64,000 bases of DNA, from contig DAIUFS010000001.1 in assembly GCA_036844485.1 (NCBI GenBank), positions 18,068 to 82,067 of the forward strand. Direction: 5' to 3'. Below, in pieces: positions 63,065 to 64,000 of this stretch; the stretch's first letter is position 1; each line of letters starts with the position of its first letter. The notes beneath the pieces were generated by a model. It searched no databases. It worked only from the letters and a program-made list of their open reading frames with translations, and was not told the DNA's origin. Position numbers and translations under genes: made by a program. The DNA is from Candidatus Dormiibacterota bacterium. Lineage in GTDB: Bacteria; Chloroflexota; Dormibacteria; Aeolococcales; Aeolococcaceae.

Positions 63065-63358
63065 TCAGGGGTGCGCGGGACTCGGCGGTTGGCCCTCGCG
63101 CTCGAACATGACCTCGTCGACGTAGCACCAGTACCACTCCTCTGCCGGCTCGAAGGATTGGAGCAGCGGATGGGCGGTCTGGTGGAAGTGAAAGGTCGCG
63201 TGCTTGCCCGGAGAGGAGTCGCAGCAGCCGATGTGCCCGCACGTGACGCATCGGCGCAGGTGCACCCAGCGCTGTCCGATGGCCAGGCACTCGACGCAGC
63301 CGTCACCGCTCGGGGCTGCTCCGGTATCGGCGTCGAGATGACTGCAGATCTCGGCCAT
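63065..63358 (-). CDS. UBP-type zinc-finger domain protein
   Basis: CSHL...CVECL...C..CGHIGCC...H..H.H Cys/His pattern. Start at MAEICSHL. Confidence 0.55.
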   Translation of the reverse strand: MAEICSHLDADTGAAPSGDGCVECLAIGQRWVHLRRCVTCGHIGCCDSSPGKHATFHFHQTAHPLLQSFEPAEEWYWCYVDEVMFEREGQPPSPAHP

Positions 63359-63431
63359 GTGGATCCTCCTCGTGGCGCCGGCCGGCACCTGTCCTCACAG
63401 TAGCGCGCCCGCCCCGCGGCGGCGGACTCGG

Positions 63432-64000
63432 CTACCGCGCGGACGCGGGACGGGGACGGCGGCGACGGAAGGTGTTGGCGCCGCCGCCCCGGTGCGGGCG
63501 CGGCAGCGGACGTCCGTCCGGCACACCCAGGGGCGGGGCGGCGATGAAGCGGATGTTGCCGGTGCTGAGCAGGTGATCGGTGTCGGCGCCGCGGAGCTCA
63601 GGCGCCCCGAGGCGGCGCAGCTTGCGCCACTTCTCGGCGTCCTCACGGGTCAGGAAGGTGAACGCCCGGCCGGCGGCGCCGTTGCGCGCGGTGCGGCCGA
63701 TGCGATGCGTCAACCACTGCGGGGTTTCGGGGAGCTCGTAGTTGACGACCACAGCCACCCCGGAGATGTCCAGCCCGCGGGCCGCGACGTTGGTGGCCAC
63801 CAGCACGTCGGCCTGTCCGCTGCGAAACATCGCCACGGCGCGGTCGCGCGCGTTCTGTGAGAGGTTCCCTTGCAGCTCGACGCTGCGGTGGCCGCGAGCG
63901 GTGAGGTCGCGGGCCAGTCCCTTGGCGCCGTGCTTGGTGCGATGGAAGACGAGGGCTGAGCCCTGGTGGCGGCGCAGCAGGCGCGACAGCGTGTCGACCT
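63432..64000 (-). CDS. DEAD-box RNA helicase (C-terminal part; gene continues beyond the window)
   Basis: Helicase C motifs LVATNVAARGLDI and HRIGRTAR. The upstream portion shows ALVFHRTKHGAKGL. Confidence 0.8.
   Translation of the reverse strand, partial: VDTLSRLLRRHQGSALVFHRTKHGAKGLARDLTARGHRSVELQGNLSQNARDRAVAMFRSGQADVLVATNVAARGLDISGVAVVVNYELPETPQWLTHRIGRTARNGAAGRAFTFLTREDAEKWRKLRRLGAPELRGADTDHLLSTGNIRFIAAPPLGVPDGRPLPRPHRGGGANTFRRRRPRPASAR

Overview
This is a ~70% GC chromosomal segment with an actinobacterial-type gene repertoire. The TIGR03086-like protein, ECF sigma factor with a SnoaL-like tail, CGNR zinc-finger protein, LigD-Pol domain and type III PKS all point that way. I could support about 65 protein-coding genes, packed tightly with many 4-bp ATGA stop/start overlaps. 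I found no rRNA, no tRNA that I could recognise by eye, no CRISPR array and no transposase or integrase. Many long ORFs in the six-frame track are antisense or out-of-frame artefacts of the high GC content and were discarded.

The main content, in order along the window:
- ABC ATPase (partial), YoaK membrane protein and a FUSC-family exporter.
- A signalling cluster: receiver-only protein, LuxR-type response regulator, then a FIST protein cotranscribed with a soluble GAF/HisKA_3 histidine kinase, with a hemerythrin gene divergent.
- An ECF sigma factor with adjacent STAS and SnoaL-like genes, a CGNR regulator, and an NmrA/SnoaL operon with a divergent TetR.
- A decayed amine-oxidase gene and a PAP2 phosphatase.
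- A frc-like sugar ABC transporter with a Gfo/Idh/MocA oxidoreductase, followed by tandem aldo/keto reductases.
- A truncated, frameshifted BcsA-like cellulose-synthase/PilZ pseudogene, next to a Dyp peroxidase.
- A 760-aa secreted protein with a PQQ-like beta-propeller and tandem FG-GAP repeats, followed by a deletion remnant of a paralogue with a C39-like peptidase N-terminus.
- Two convergent fusion genes covering the committed steps of aromatic amino-acid biosynthesis: chorismate mutase–prephenate dehydratase–ACT–DAHP synthase, and prephenate dehydrogenase–prephenate-dehydratase-like.
- A type III PKS translationally coupled to an ICMT-type methyltransferase, with a convergent flavoprotein. 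This resembles the srs alkylresorcinol module.
- A standalone LigD polymerase domain followed by exonuclease III.
- A compact red-type Calvin-cycle cassette, cbbL-cbbS-cbbX-prk, with divergent cbbR.
- A TMEM175-like channel gene overlapping an ATP-grasp ligase.
- NfuA-like protein, thioesterase, acyl-CoA synthetase and two acyl-CoA dehydrogenases.
- A Zn alcohol dehydrogenase, then a cluster of three transglutaminase-like proteins plus a circularly permuted ATP-grasp.
- An M20 peptidase, typA/bipA, a zf-UBP protein and a partial DEAD-box helicase.

The three most interesting candidates are the aromatic biosynthesis fusion pair, the PQQ/FG-GAP repeat protein with its recombined paralogue remnant, and the minimal cbb cassette in an otherwise heterotrophic-looking context.
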